The translations under genes were made by a program, and so were the position numbers. Below the pieces are notes generated by a model. It saw only the letters and a program-made list of their open reading frames with translations, was not told where the DNA came from and did not search any database. This document shows positions 24,429 to 34,441 of a stretch of 64,000 bases of DNA, one piece after another. Source of the stretch: a virus; the IMG/VR virus record IMGVR_UViG_3300005805_000046, positions 89,586 to 153,585 of that record; one strand, given 5' to 3'. Within the stretch, counting starts at the first letter, position 1. Each line of letters opens with the position of its first letter.

Positions 24429-26615
24429 ATGGCCAAAAAAAGATATCCAAAAAGCTCAGCTATAGAAAATGCCTCTCTAGACAAGTCAGAAGCGTATGTA
24501 ACGTGGGATGACTCACTAGAAAATAAAAAGGCCGCTTTAAGCGAGTCATCTGAATCTCTATCAGAGTTTACGCTAGTTCAGAAAAGTACAGCATCTCGCT
24601 ATCGTGGCAGCTATTCCAAATTAGACGGAAACACATCTGGCAGACCAGGGTATCTAAGATCGGATTATGATTTTTTTAGACCCGAAGAGTCGGTCCCAAG
24701 AGAAACAAAAGCGATTATTCGTAGAGCAGAAGATATTTATCAGCGAGTTGGTCTTGTAAAAAACGTTATTGATCTCATGGGAGACTTTGCAGTACAGGGA
24801 ATTAAACTCGTTCATCCAAATAAAAGAATAGAAAAATTCTATCGTCATTGGTTCAAGAAAGTGAACGGTAAAGATCGTAGCGAAAGATTTCTAAATAATA
24901 TTTATAAAACCGGAAATGTTGTTATTAATAGGCAAACAGGAAAACTAAGCGTAAAGGTTGCCGATAAACTTTATCAGTCTATAGCTTCTCCAGACCTACA
25001 GGTAACCGAACTAGATAGCACAAGAGTTGAAAAACGAGAAATTCCATGGAAATATACATTTATTGATCCAACCGTGGTAGAGGTAGCCGCTGGTTCCTTA
25101 TCTTCTTTTGTACAAGATAAAAAATATGAGTTGCTAATTCCCGCTTCTCTTCGTAAGCTCATCAACTCGCCCAAAACAGAAGCAGAAAGACAAGTCGTAT
25201 CACAGCTTCCGCTTCAAATTCTTGAAGCAGCAAAAAACAAAAAACCATATCCTCTTGATCCAGAAAAAACAATAGTTTTTCACTACAAAAAAGACGATTG
25301 GCAGACTTGGGCATATCCCATGATATACGCTATTATGGACGATATTACGGTTATCGAAAAATTAAAATTAGCAGACATGTCAGCGCTCGATGGGGCCATC
25401 AGTAACATTCGTATATTTAAACTTGGTAGCTTAGAACACAAAATTGCTCCAACTAGAGCAGCGACAGCTAAATTAGCTAGCATATTAGAAAATAACGTCG
25501 GCGGAGGAACAATGGATCTGATTTGGGGTCCGGATATTGAGCTAATAGAAAGTAACACAAATGTTCATCAATTTCTTGGAGAAAGTAAATATATACCACA
25601 TCTAAATTCTGTTTATGCTGGACTCGGAATACCTCCAACATTAACAGGAACGTTCGGCGCTGCTGGAACAACAAATAATTTTATTTCCCTAAAAACACTT
25701 ACACAAAGACTTCAGTACGGAAGAGATATTGTGGTACAGTTTTGGGAAAAAGAAATTGCTCTAGTACAAAAAGCTATGGGATTTAGATATCCAGCTAAAA
25801 TCGAGTTTGACAGAATGGATTTATCCAATGAAGACGCAGAAAAAGCATTGCTAGTGCAACTAGCAGACAGAAATCTAATTAGCGATGAATTACTACAAAC
25901 TAAATTTGGTATTGATCCCGAGATGGAAAAATCTAGATTAAATAGAGAAGTAAAGGAAAGACAAAGCAATAGAATGATTAAAAAGGCCGGACCTTGGCAC
26001 GATCCTCAATTTGAAAACTCTCTCAAGAAGATTGCGTTACAAGGAGGCACAGCTACTCCAAGTCAAGTGGGGTTGATGCTAGAAAAGAAAAAAGCTGGAG
26101 AAAAAACGGCCCTTGAAATGAGGGCGGCAACTAGCCCAACGAAGTTGGCTAACGATTCGTCAGAATCGTTGCCAAAAGAATCAGGCGATGGTAGGCCAAA
26201 ACTTTCCAAGGACCAACAGAAAAGAAAGACCAAAACTTTTACCCCACAAACCGGGGCAAGTCTATTAATTTGGGCGTCCGAAGCACAAGAAAAAATTTCT
26301 AGTATTATTAATCCAGTACTTTTAGACTTTTATCAAAAGAAAAATTTAAGAAGCCTATCTAAAGAAGAAACCGACGAAGCCGATAGTATTAAAACAAAAA
26401 TATTATTCAGCTTTCAGCCATTTTCCACGATAGACCCCGACATAATCCAATCAACCCTTTCCTGCATCAATTCTAAAGACCATAATATTATTATGAATGC
26501 ATATTCTTCTTGGCTAAATGATCTTAAAAGAGAAATGAATAGGGAATTATCTGTAGAGGAAACTAAACAAGCCAAGGCCTCTTTTTATTCTTCGGTGTAT
26601 TCTAAAGAAATCTAG
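24429..26615 (+). CDS. Portal protein
   Basis: Position after TerL, size, portal-like helical pattern (VKNVIDLMGDF; VYAGLGIPPTL; IEFDRMDL). Confidence 0.75.
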   Translation: MAKKRYPKSSAIENASLDKSEAYVTWDDSLENKKAALSESSESLSEFTLVQKSTASRYRGSYSKLDGNTSGRPGYLRSDYDFFRPEESVPRETKAIIRRAEDIYQRVGLVKNVIDLMGDFAVQGIKLVHPNKRIEKFYRHWFKKVNGKDRSERFLNNIYKTGNVVINRQTGKLSVKVADKLYQSIASPDLQVTELDSTRVEKREIPWKYTFIDPTVVEVAAGSLSSFVQDKKYELLIPASLRKLINSPKTEAERQVVSQLPLQILEAAKNKKPYPLDPEKTIVFHYKKDDWQTWAYPMIYAIMDDITVIEKLKLADMSALDGAISNIRIFKLGSLEHKIAPTRAATAKLASILENNVGGGTMDLIWGPDIELIESNTNVHQFLGESKYIPHLNSVYAGLGIPPTLTGTFGAAGTTNNFISLKTLTQRLQYGRDIVVQFWEKEIALVQKAMGFRYPAKIEFDRMDLSNEDAEKALLVQLADRNLISDELLQTKFGIDPEMEKSRLNREVKERQSNRMIKKAGPWHDPQFENSLKKIALQGGTATPSQVGLMLEKKKAGEKTALEMRAATSPTKLANDSSESLPKESGDGRPKLSKDQQKRKTKTFTPQTGASLLIWASEAQEKISSIINPVLLDFYQKKNLRSLSKEETDEADSIKTKILFSFQPFSTIDPDIIQSTLSCINSKDHNIIMNAYSSWLNDLKREMNRELSVEETKQAKASFYSSVYSKEI

Positions 26616-26639
26616 TTTCCACAACAAGGGAATGATATT

Positions 26640-28118
26640 ATGCATATTTTTGAACAAGAAAAATTAGACGGTATAGCAGAGAAAATCATCGCCTCAGCAT
26701 CCGTTTCTTATGCTTCTGTTGCGGAGCCGTGTTCCGCTACGTCTTCTCTCAGACGTATTAAAAGCCTAGCTTCTATAGACGACAGCGATTTATACTATGT
26801 GCAATCCATTCTTGTAAGTTCCTCGTGGAATAAAAATGACGATATCTTTGATAAAGAAGAGATATGGGCAGCTAGAAATACTCCAGAAGACAAACCAACA
26901 AATCTAGAGCATGACGAATCTACAATTATTGGTCATATTACCTCCAACTGGCCCATTACCGTAGACGGCATACTGATTGATGAGAACACAGACGTTGCTA
27001 ATCTGCCGGATAAATATCATATTTTAACCGGATCAGTAATATATAAGGCTTTTTCTAGTCCAGAGCTACAAGCCAGAGCATCTCAATTAATTCAAGAAAT
27101 CGAAGACGGCGAAAAGTTTGTTAGCATGGAATGTTTCTTTAAAAATTTTGATTATGGTCTTATAGACCAAAGTACTGGAACATATACTGTTTTACCGAGA
27201 AACGAAGCAACCGCACACCTTACCAAACATCTTCGAGCTTACGGCGGTACCGGCGAACATCAAAACTTTAAGATAGGCAGAGTACTTAAAAATATTACTT
27301 TTTCCGGTAAGGGTTTCGTTAACAGACCAGCTAATCCGGACAGTATAATCTTTAGTAAAAACTTGATTTCCGAAAATCAAACTCAAGCCTCAAAAAGAAA
27401 AAATGACAATTTTGCGATATCGGGTGTATTTAATAATCAGTCTAACCTTAATGTGGAGAATTATACCATGAGTCTAGATAAAGAAACGACAGATCAGCCT
27501 GAAGTAGTTGTAAACGAAGTTGCTCCTATGCAAGAAGCACAGGCCCTACTCGTTGCCGAACTTCAGGATAAGATTGTCGCTCTAGAAGCAACAATACAAA
27601 GTAAAGATACCGAAGTCCTCACCTTGAAAGCCTCGTACGATGAGCTAGTCTCTTTGACCGAGGCCTCCAAGACAGCATCTGCTGAGGAGATCCAAAAGAT
27701 TAAGTCAGAATTAGAGGCCGCTCTCGAAGTTCTTGCTGCGTACAAGAACAAAGAAGAAGAAATGATGAAGCAAGAGAAGAAGAACAAAAGAATGGCTTCT
27801 CTCATCGAGGCTGGCGTCGATAGCGCCGTGGCTTTAACTACGCTTGACAAGTTTGATTCATTAGATGACAATGCCTTCGAAGCTCTCACCTCTCTATTTG
27901 CAGCAAAGAAAACAAATAAAGAGGAAGAAGAGATGCCGAAAAAGGAAAAGGCTTCTAACGAAATGATCGATACCGATTCTTTAGAAAAGGTTGAGATTGA
28001 GAACGACATTAATCTAGGTGTAGCTGGCGATGCAGAAGCAGAAGTTCAGACCACCAGAGCGGCTTTAGTTGAATTTGTTTGTCACAGATTAGGCAAAAAT
28101 ATTAATAAGGGAGAATAA
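26640..28118 (+). CDS. Prohead protease fused to scaffold
   Basis: WNKNDD, NLEHD..IIGHI, VSMEC, FSGKGFVNRPANP, then an acidic coiled-coil C-terminus. Confidence 0.7.
   Translation: MHIFEQEKLDGIAEKIIASASVSYASVAEPCSATSSLRRIKSLASIDDSDLYYVQSILVSSSWNKNDDIFDKEEIWAARNTPEDKPTNLEHDESTIIGHITSNWPITVDGILIDENTDVANLPDKYHILTGSVIYKAFSSPELQARASQLIQEIEDGEKFVSMECFFKNFDYGLIDQSTGTYTVLPRNEATAHLTKHLRAYGGTGEHQNFKIGRVLKNITFSGKGFVNRPANPDSIIFSKNLISENQTQASKRKNDNFAISGVFNNQSNLNVENYTMSLDKETTDQPEVVVNEVAPMQEAQALLVAELQDKIVALEATIQSKDTEVLTLKASYDELVSLTEASKTASAEEIQKIKSELEAALEVLAAYKNKEEEMMKQEKKNKRMASLIEAGVDSAVALTTLDKFDSLDDNAFEALTSLFAAKKTNKEEEEMPKKEKASNEMIDTDSLEKVEIENDINLGVAGDAEAEVQTTRAALVEFVCHRLGKNINKGE
27468..28118 (+). CDS. Nested in-frame scaffold protein (internal start)
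   Basis: GGAGA RBS at 27455, in-frame ATG 27468, GGTGTAT at 27423. Confidence 0.55.
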   Translation: MSLDKETTDQPEVVVNEVAPMQEAQALLVAELQDKIVALEATIQSKDTEVLTLKASYDELVSLTEASKTASAEEIQKIKSELEAALEVLAAYKNKEEEMMKQEKKNKRMASLIEAGVDSAVALTTLDKFDSLDDNAFEALTSLFAAKKTNKEEEEMPKKEKASNEMIDTDSLEKVEIENDINLGVAGDAEAEVQTTRAALVEFVCHRLGKNINKGE

Positions 28119-28120
28119 CA

Positions 28121-28576
28121 ATGGCTCTTAAATCAGATCGTGTTGAAAAACTAACAGATATTTCATTCTTCATGAATACCGTGGCAGAGAGAGGCGGCGT
28201 AGTGTCCGTCGTATCAACTGGCGCCGGAGTATCTATGGATGATGCAAACGCCGTCGTAGGCTATGCAGCAGTTGCTAGTGGCGCTAAGCCAGTTGGCGTA
28301 TTGCTAAATGACGTTGTGAATCTTGATCTCACCAGACAGCACATCAATTGGCACAAGGACGAGGTGCAGCTTGGTGGTAAGGTAACCGTTCTACGTCAAG
28401 GTCATGTCACAACCAACATGTTAGTGAGTGGCGTTACACCATCGGCTGGTGATAGTGCTTACGTAGATGCCAATGGTCTTATCGGTACTTCAAGTACAAA
28501 CGCCGTCAAAGTCGGCCAGTTCTTGAGTGCTAAAGATGCAGATGGTTACGCAAAAGTCTCTGTAAATATTGCTTAA
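28121..28576 (+). CDS. Capsid decoration/cement protein
   Basis: Beta-rich 151-aa protein between scaffold and major capsid gene. Confidence 0.6.
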   Translation: MALKSDRVEKLTDISFFMNTVAERGGVVSVVSTGAGVSMDDANAVVGYAAVASGAKPVGVLLNDVVNLDLTRQHINWHKDEVQLGGKVTVLRQGHVTTNMLVSGVTPSAGDSAYVDANGLIGTSSTNAVKVGQFLSAKDADGYAKVSVNIA

Positions 28577-28603
28577 GTTTTAAATACATAAAGGGAGAAA
28601 AAC

Positions 28604-29614
28604 ATGTCAGGCAACACTAAAGTATTTCAACCAACACCCGAACTAACAGATCTTCTTGTTCGTTCTGGTTCGCTTAAGAAAGAAGAGGCTCTTGCCGCCA
28701 ATGCTGAATTTGCAAAGGCTCTTGAGCTTCCACTTCGTCAGGGCGTACTTAATGGCGACATTCTAGATGGCATCTTCGAGCCAATTCAGCTCCAGCAGGG
28801 TGCTACTCCAGAATTTCCTCTAGATTTTCTTGCTCCTGGCACCGAAAAAGATTTCGTTGCCTACACCATCCCCAACCACGGGTACATTCCAGAGAGACAC
28901 GTTGAAGGCGATTACGTCATGGTCCCAACCTATGACATCGGCGCCTCAATCGACTATCTCCTAAAGTATGCTCGCGATGCTCGTTGGGACGTAGTTGGTC
29001 GTGCAATGGAAGTTTTAGAGGCTTCTTTTGTTAAGAAGATGAACGACGACGGTTGGCACACTCTCTTAGCCGCTTCTGTTGATCGCAACATTGTGGTATA
29101 TGATAGCGATGCTGCTGCTGGTCAGTTCACCAAGCGTCTCGTCAGTTTGATGAAGACCGTGATGCGTAGAAACGGTGGCGGTAATTCGGCTAGTAATAAC
29201 CGAGGCTTACTCACCGACCTATACGTTTCACCAGAGGCTATGGAAGACATTCGTAGCTGGGGTCTTGATCAGGTTGATGAAGTTACTCGTCGTGAAATCT
29301 ATACAGCTGCTGACGGTACCCTAAACCGTATCTTTGGCGTAAATCTTCATGATCGAGACGAACTAGGCGAAGGTCAAGAGTATCAGCTGTTCTACAGCAA
29401 CGTGCTACAAGGCACTCTTGGTCCATCGGATGCCGAGATCGTTGTCGGTCTAGATCTTCGCAAGAGAGACAGCTTCATAATGCCAGTTCGTGAACAGGTT
29501 CAAATCTTCGAGGACGATACATTACATCGTCAGAAGAGAGCCGGCTTCTACGGCTGGGCGGAGCAGGGCTTTGCGGTTCTAGATAACCGTAGAGTACTAC
29601 TCGGTTCTCTCTAA
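28604..29614 (+). CDS. Major capsid protein
   Basis: Size, synteny, strong GGGAG RBS, followed by a terminator; C-terminus GFYGWAEQGFAVLD. Confidence 0.8.
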   Translation: MSGNTKVFQPTPELTDLLVRSGSLKKEEALAANAEFAKALELPLRQGVLNGDILDGIFEPIQLQQGATPEFPLDFLAPGTEKDFVAYTIPNHGYIPERHVEGDYVMVPTYDIGASIDYLLKYARDARWDVVGRAMEVLEASFVKKMNDDGWHTLLAASVDRNIVVYDSDAAAGQFTKRLVSLMKTVMRRNGGGNSASNNRGLLTDLYVSPEAMEDIRSWGLDQVDEVTRREIYTAADGTLNRIFGVNLHDRDELGEGQEYQLFYSNVLQGTLGPSDAEIVVGLDLRKRDSFIMPVREQVQIFEDDTLHRQKRAGFYGWAEQGFAVLDNRRVLLGSL

Positions 29615-29645
29615 TTTAGATTTTCAACTATAGCTTTTCAAAGAT

Positions 29646-29679
29646 AGGGCTAGGAGCATATCCTGGCCCTTCTTTTTTT
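29646..29679 (+). terminator. Intrinsic terminator after the capsid gene
   Basis: AGGGCTAGGA-GCATA-TCCTGGCCCT followed by a T-tract. Confidence 0.8.
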
Positions 29680-29755
29680 ATATATACATAAAAGGGTGTA
29701 TTAAGAAGAGTATGATCTCATATGTTTTTTGTTCATCTTAAAAGGGTCATTATTT

Positions 29756-30277
29756 ATGAGCTGGCAAATTGAAATACCTATTATTGTACGAACCCTTATT
29801 AATGATGTTGGAGACCAATTGGTTTATAGTGACGAGCGTCTTTTGCAGGTGATCGCCGTAGCGGCTAAATACGTTCAATTTGACGTTGTATTAGACCATG
29901 CTTATAGCGTAGATGTTGCAAACAACGCTATTAGCCCGGATCCTACAGTAGACAGAGACGAAATTTTTATTAGTCTGGTTTCTCTTAAAGCCGCTTGTAT
30001 TGTAGATCAAAGCACTTTCAGAACCAAGGCCGCTATGGAGGGCATTAGAGCCTCTCTAGGCCCGGCTAGTTTAAATGTGAGTGGCAGCCTTAGTGGATTA
30101 AAAACCATCCTAGATCAAGGCCCATGTGCTCTGTATGAAGAGCTTACCAGTCACTGGGATGTGAAAGACGCTACTGCTGTTAGAGCTATTCTTAGTCCCT
30201 TTGTTGGTAATAATTTTGATCCTAGCAGACTTGGTATCAATGTTACAGATGCTAGAGACAGAGGCTTTTTCTCATAG
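29756..30277 (+). CDS. Putative head-tail adaptor
   Basis: VRTLIND...YSDERL motif; synteny. Confidence 0.55.
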   Translation: MSWQIEIPIIVRTLINDVGDQLVYSDERLLQVIAVAAKYVQFDVVLDHAYSVDVANNAISPDPTVDRDEIFISLVSLKAACIVDQSTFRTKAAMEGIRASLGPASLNVSGSLSGLKTILDQGPCALYEELTSHWDVKDATAVRAILSPFVGNNFDPSRLGINVTDARDRGFFS

Positions 30278-30286
30278 GAATAAAAT

Positions 30287-30724
30287 ATGGCAGCCACAGA
30301 ATATAATTTTTCTATTAGTAATGGTAAAGCATACTATATAGCATTTGACTATAAAGATAATAATCAACAAATCATTAATCTAACTAATTGGTGCGCTAGA
30401 TTAAGCATACAGCCTTCGGATGGAAGTAGTCGAATTACTTATCTAACAGACAATACTAATTCCGACTATAGTTTTGTTATTCATCCAGATATTGGTAGAA
30501 TCGTTTTGAAGCTACCATCAAGCACCACATCGTCCTTTGGATTTGCTAATGCTCTTTATGACTTAGATCTTAAAGCTCCAAATGAACTATACTCGGGCTC
30601 AGGTGCTCAAATTATACCTTTACTAAAAGGCACTATTACAATTTTATTCTCGAACGTTGTCAACCCAGAACCATTCGATTGCAATATCTCTTCTGCTTCG
30701 GATCCGTGTTCCAATTGTGAGTAG
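30287..30724 (+). CDS. Virion structural protein
   Basis: INLTNWCARL...LYDLDL...LLKGTITI pattern typical of phage Ig-like structural domains. Confidence 0.5.
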   Translation: MAATEYNFSISNGKAYYIAFDYKDNNQQIINLTNWCARLSIQPSDGSSRITYLTDNTNSDYSFVIHPDIGRIVLKLPSSTTSSFGFANALYDLDLKAPNELYSGSGAQIIPLLKGTITILFSNVVNPEPFDCNISSASDPCSNCE

Positions 30725-30732
30725 GGCTATAT

Positions 30733-31023
30733 ATGGCAGAATCATTTATTATTGTAAATCAGAGCGCTAATAATGTTGTGATTACAAACTCCGATCCAGC
30801 GTCGGAGTCTGTAATTACTCAGAATTTAGTAGTTTCTTCTGATCCAATAATTCAGATCGTAAGTCCAAATACTAATCCAGGCATCAGCACATTAGCAACA
30901 TCTGAGCCGCCAGCAGCCAACAATTCACCAGGATATGCTGGCGAAATTAGGTTTGATAATAATTTTATTTATCTATGTATTGTTAATAATACATGGAAAA
31001 AGGTATCACTACAGGATATATAA
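30733..31023 (+). CDS. Small virion protein
   Basis: GYAGEIRFDNNFIYLCIVNNTWKKV, a motif common in phage fibre and tail proteins. Confidence 0.5.
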   Translation: MAESFIIVNQSANNVVITNSDPASESVITQNLVVSSDPIIQIVSPNTNPGISTLATSEPPAANNSPGYAGEIRFDNNFIYLCIVNNTWKKVSLQDI

Positions 31024-31024
31024 T

Positions 31025-31552
31025 ATGAGCAATCCATTCTCTGGACTTATTAGTGCTAACTTTAAAAATACTTTTACCAATGCTATAGATAGCTTGCTAG
31101 AGATAGGTTCTTTGACCACACCATGCAAATTATACTATAATAGCTCTAAAGAGACACTATGTTACAATTGCATATTTGATCCAATAACAGATATGTCTTC
31201 TGGCAGGTTTAACAGTTATGGTGGAACGGTAGAGTTCGCAGAAGGCTCAGTTTGTCCTGTTTGCATGGGCTTAGGAAAAAAGATAGAAGAGACTACCGAA
31301 ATAGTACACATGGCAGTTATACTAGACAGCAAGCACTGGCTCAATACTGGTCCGGATTTTATTCAGGCCCCAAATATAGCTGCTCAAACACTCTGCAAAG
31401 TAGAGCTAACTAGCAAAATTAATAATGCCACCCACATGGTATTATTAGACAATAGTGCGTATGATAATTCTAGATATGCTAGATCTGGCTTTCCGACCAT
31501 GATGGGACTAGGTTCTCATAACTATATTTTAGTAAACTGGATTAAGGCATGA
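31025..31552 (+). CDS. Putative head-closure/neck protein with Zn-finger
   Basis: CYNC and CPVCMG motifs; synteny. Confidence 0.5.
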   Translation: MSNPFSGLISANFKNTFTNAIDSLLEIGSLTTPCKLYYNSSKETLCYNCIFDPITDMSSGRFNSYGGTVEFAEGSVCPVCMGLGKKIEETTEIVHMAVILDSKHWLNTGPDFIQAPNIAAQTLCKVELTSKINNATHMVLLDNSAYDNSRYARSGFPTMMGLGSHNYILVNWIKA

Positions 31553-32193
31553 GAGTTAGTCTGAAAATTATCGAAACAGATGCGCAGATCAGACAAGAAA
31601 TTTTAAAAGCTCTGGCTCCAGAGATAGATAGAGCCATTGGTCGTAGTGTTTTATATATCAAAAATAGGCTTGTAGGAGTAATCAAATCTTCTTTAATTAA
31701 AGAGCCAGAGTACTCTTCTTTGATTAGTGGACAACTAAAATATGAATTAGGCATAGCTAATAGTAGCACCGTCGATAGAGTTATAGACGCTGTTTTACAA
31801 ACGGTTCGTGTTTCTTATAATAAAGCTACTGTAGCGCCGAATGGAATAAAGGGAGGATTGTCTATTACGGTATTGAGCGGAGAAGATGTTCGAGGTTTAA
31901 TCAAAACGGACATAGCCTCGGTTTTTGATGATGATGGATATTATTTACCTTGGCTAGAATGGCTATTATTAAAAGGTACCTCGCCACTAGTCAAAAAATT
32001 TGAAGTTAAACTAGGCACTAACTCCAGGTCTAGAACAGGCAACGCTATTATGGTTAGTTCAACAACGAACTGGTCCGTACCGTCGTCTTTCGCAGGAACG
32101 GAAACAAATAACTGGTTCACCAGAGCGCTAAATAGAATTAATAATGCCGATATACAAAACATTATACAACAAGAAATAGAAAAAAGAATATGA
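31549..32193 (+). CDS. Putative neck/tail-completion protein
   Basis: LPWLEWLL...GT..NNWFTRA; synteny. Confidence 0.45.
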   Translation: MRVSLKIIETDAQIRQEILKALAPEIDRAIGRSVLYIKNRLVGVIKSSLIKEPEYSSLISGQLKYELGIANSSTVDRVIDAVLQTVRVSYNKATVAPNGIKGGLSITVLSGEDVRGLIKTDIASVFDDDGYYLPWLEWLLLKGTSPLVKKFEVKLGTNSRSRTGNAIMVSSTTNWSVPSSFAGTETNNWFTRALNRINNADIQNIIQQEIEKRI

Positions 32194-33158
32194 GCTGCAA
32201 CCAAAATTCACAAATATTTCATGGTGTAGAAACACTTAAAGATAATTTTTATATAACAACTGTTGAGGAAAACTTGAAAGGTTTTCTGGATCATGGATTT
32301 TTGCACATTGGGGGGTTTGTTAACGCCAATATTCCTACTAGTGGTCTGTATACAAGCAGTTTTCATGTTTGTAAACCAACAGACGATCCATCTCGCAGCC
32401 CAAATACAGTATGGCAAACACCAAGAAAAGACTGGGTATGGGAGTCTAATATAGTATATAAAAATACTTCGCCAATTAATATTAGTGGCATCTATATTAA
32501 TAACAACTTTATTCCCGGACCAACAGGGAACTCATCCGTATCATATAAATTAGACTATACTAATGGCCAAATTATTTTTAATCAAAGCATCCCCGACAAC
32601 AGTAAGGTTTCTGTTGCTCATAGTTATAGATGGTGTCAGATAACTAAGGCTTCTAATAATGACCTATGGAAAAAAATACAACAATTATCGTATCAACCAG
32701 ATCCTCATATCAACCAAAAAGATAAAGGTAATTATAATATACTGGCTAATCATAGAATTCAGCTGCCTTCTATTGTTATAGAAACCACAGCCAGAAATAG
32801 TTCTCAGCCATACGAGCTAGGCTCTTTGACCTCTTTTAGATCCCAAGACATACTGCTACATGTTTATACCGAGAACGTTAATGATGCCAATACTATTTTG
32901 GATATTTTAAGATTACAACAAGATAAAGTTATCATATTATATGATCTTAATAAAGTTATTAGTTCTGGGCTGTACGGATTAATGTCCGATGGTTCTAGAA
33001 ATACTAATGGATTAAATTATGGTCAATTAATTTCGGATCCTGCTCTTGAGTGGAACAGGATGCTTATAAAAGATATTAGCTTTGTAGATATGCAAAAAAA
33101 TAGCACATCCGATTTTGTTTGGTGTATGATTAGATTAACATCTGAAATTATCGTTTAG
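32190..33158 (+). CDS. Putative tail terminator-like protein
   Basis: IQLPSIVIE motif; immediately before the tail tube gene. Confidence 0.45.
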   Translation: MSCNQNSQIFHGVETLKDNFYITTVEENLKGFLDHGFLHIGGFVNANIPTSGLYTSSFHVCKPTDDPSRSPNTVWQTPRKDWVWESNIVYKNTSPINISGIYINNNFIPGPTGNSSVSYKLDYTNGQIIFNQSIPDNSKVSVAHSYRWCQITKASNNDLWKKIQQLSYQPDPHINQKDKGNYNILANHRIQLPSIVIETTARNSSQPYELGSLTSFRSQDILLHVYTENVNDANTILDILRLQQDKVIILYDLNKVISSGLYGLMSDGSRNTNGLNYGQLISDPALEWNRMLIKDISFVDMQKNSTSDFVWCMIRLTSEIIV

Positions 33159-33190
33159 TTCAAAAAATACAACGTGAAGGGTAAAATACC

Positions 33191-34255
33191 ATGGCCAATA
33201 ATCGTATTTTCTATGCCGTACAAGCTGTCAAGGTTAAACCATGCAAGACTACCAATGGTGTCACGACATATGGTTCGGAAAGGGTTTTGAAGGGTGTTCA
33301 GAGCGTTGGCATGTCAACCAATTTTAGTTTAGAGCAAATCTATCAGCTTGGCCAGCTCGAACTTTATGATAACGTAGAAGAAGTACCAGAGGTAGAAGTT
33401 ACACTTAATAAGGTGCTAGACGGCACTCGTACACTATACAATTCAGCCTTAGACGGTAACGTGGCCAACAGCAGTAATAACCTTGGTCTAACAGAGATTG
33501 CTGATCGTAGATGCGATCTTGCTATCGGCATATGGGACGATACAAAAGCCGGAGCTATCAGCGGAGCCGCATACTACGTTGTATGCACTGGTATGTACGT
33601 GTCCAGCGTTAGCTATAACTTCGTCACAGACGGAAACTTTACAGAAGATCTTACGCTAGTAGGAAATCATAAAAAGTGGAATTTAACAACTGGTGGCGGT
33701 ATTACTAGTTTTAATAGCGGTATTAATAGTCAAGAAGGTCGTAAAGTGGCTAAGAGATGGGCTCTTTCTTCAGACTCTGTTATCCCCAAACAAGCTGCTG
33801 GTATGGCTACTAGCGGAGGAATCAAACTTGGAGATATCCCAGACGCTTCCGGTATTCACTTAACTAGTCTCACTGTATCTTGCAGTCTCGGCAGAGAGTC
33901 GATCAATGAGCTTGGCCGTCGCGCTCCTTACTATAGGTACATCAACTTTCCTGTCGAAGTTACATCGGAACTTGAATTAATCGCTACGCAGGGAGACAAC
34001 GTTGATGCTGATGACTTTAACTCGTTGACCGGATGCTCCGCTGCTGCTGCTTCTAACCTATACAACGGCGAGATGAAACTCGTTGTTTGCGACACGAATC
34101 TTTCCAACGGATCTCAGGCATACGTGATCGATCTTGGAGACAAGAACAAACTCACGTCTGTTAACTATACTGGTGGAGATACTGGCGGTGGTAATGCTAG
34201 CATTACATATAGCTTCCAAACTTTCAATACCTTTAAAGTTAGTGGCGTTGCTTGA
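33191..34255 (+). CDS. Major tail tube protein
   Basis: Beta-rich with duplicated halves (EQIYQLGQ / ESINELGR); synteny. Confidence 0.65.
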   Translation: MANNRIFYAVQAVKVKPCKTTNGVTTYGSERVLKGVQSVGMSTNFSLEQIYQLGQLELYDNVEEVPEVEVTLNKVLDGTRTLYNSALDGNVANSSNNLGLTEIADRRCDLAIGIWDDTKAGAISGAAYYVVCTGMYVSSVSYNFVTDGNFTEDLTLVGNHKKWNLTTGGGITSFNSGINSQEGRKVAKRWALSSDSVIPKQAAGMATSGGIKLGDIPDASGIHLTSLTVSCSLGRESINELGRRAPYYRYINFPVEVTSELELIATQGDNVDADDFNSLTGCSAAAASNLYNGEMKLVVCDTNLSNGSQAYVIDLGDKNKLTSVNYTGGDTGGGNASITYSFQTFNTFKVSGVA

Positions 34256-34292
34256 TAATAGATCTTAGATAGAAGATAACACAGGAGGACAT

Positions 34293-34424
34293 ATGGATCA
34301 AGAGGGTATGTTTACCTTAATAGGTAAACTATATGTAGATATAGTTAATGCTCAAAGAATCATAGAAGCTTTACAAAAAAAACTGCAGGAAAAAGAAGCA
34401 AGACCACACACGGACAATCCATAG
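34293..34424 (+). CDS. 43-aa coiled-coil microprotein
   Basis: AGGAGG RBS; MDQEGMFTLIGKLYVDIVNAQRIIEALQKKL. Confidence 0.55.
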   Translation: MDQEGMFTLIGKLYVDIVNAQRIIEALQKKLQEKEARPHTDNP

Positions 34425-34441
34425 GACTATTTAGATGATTA

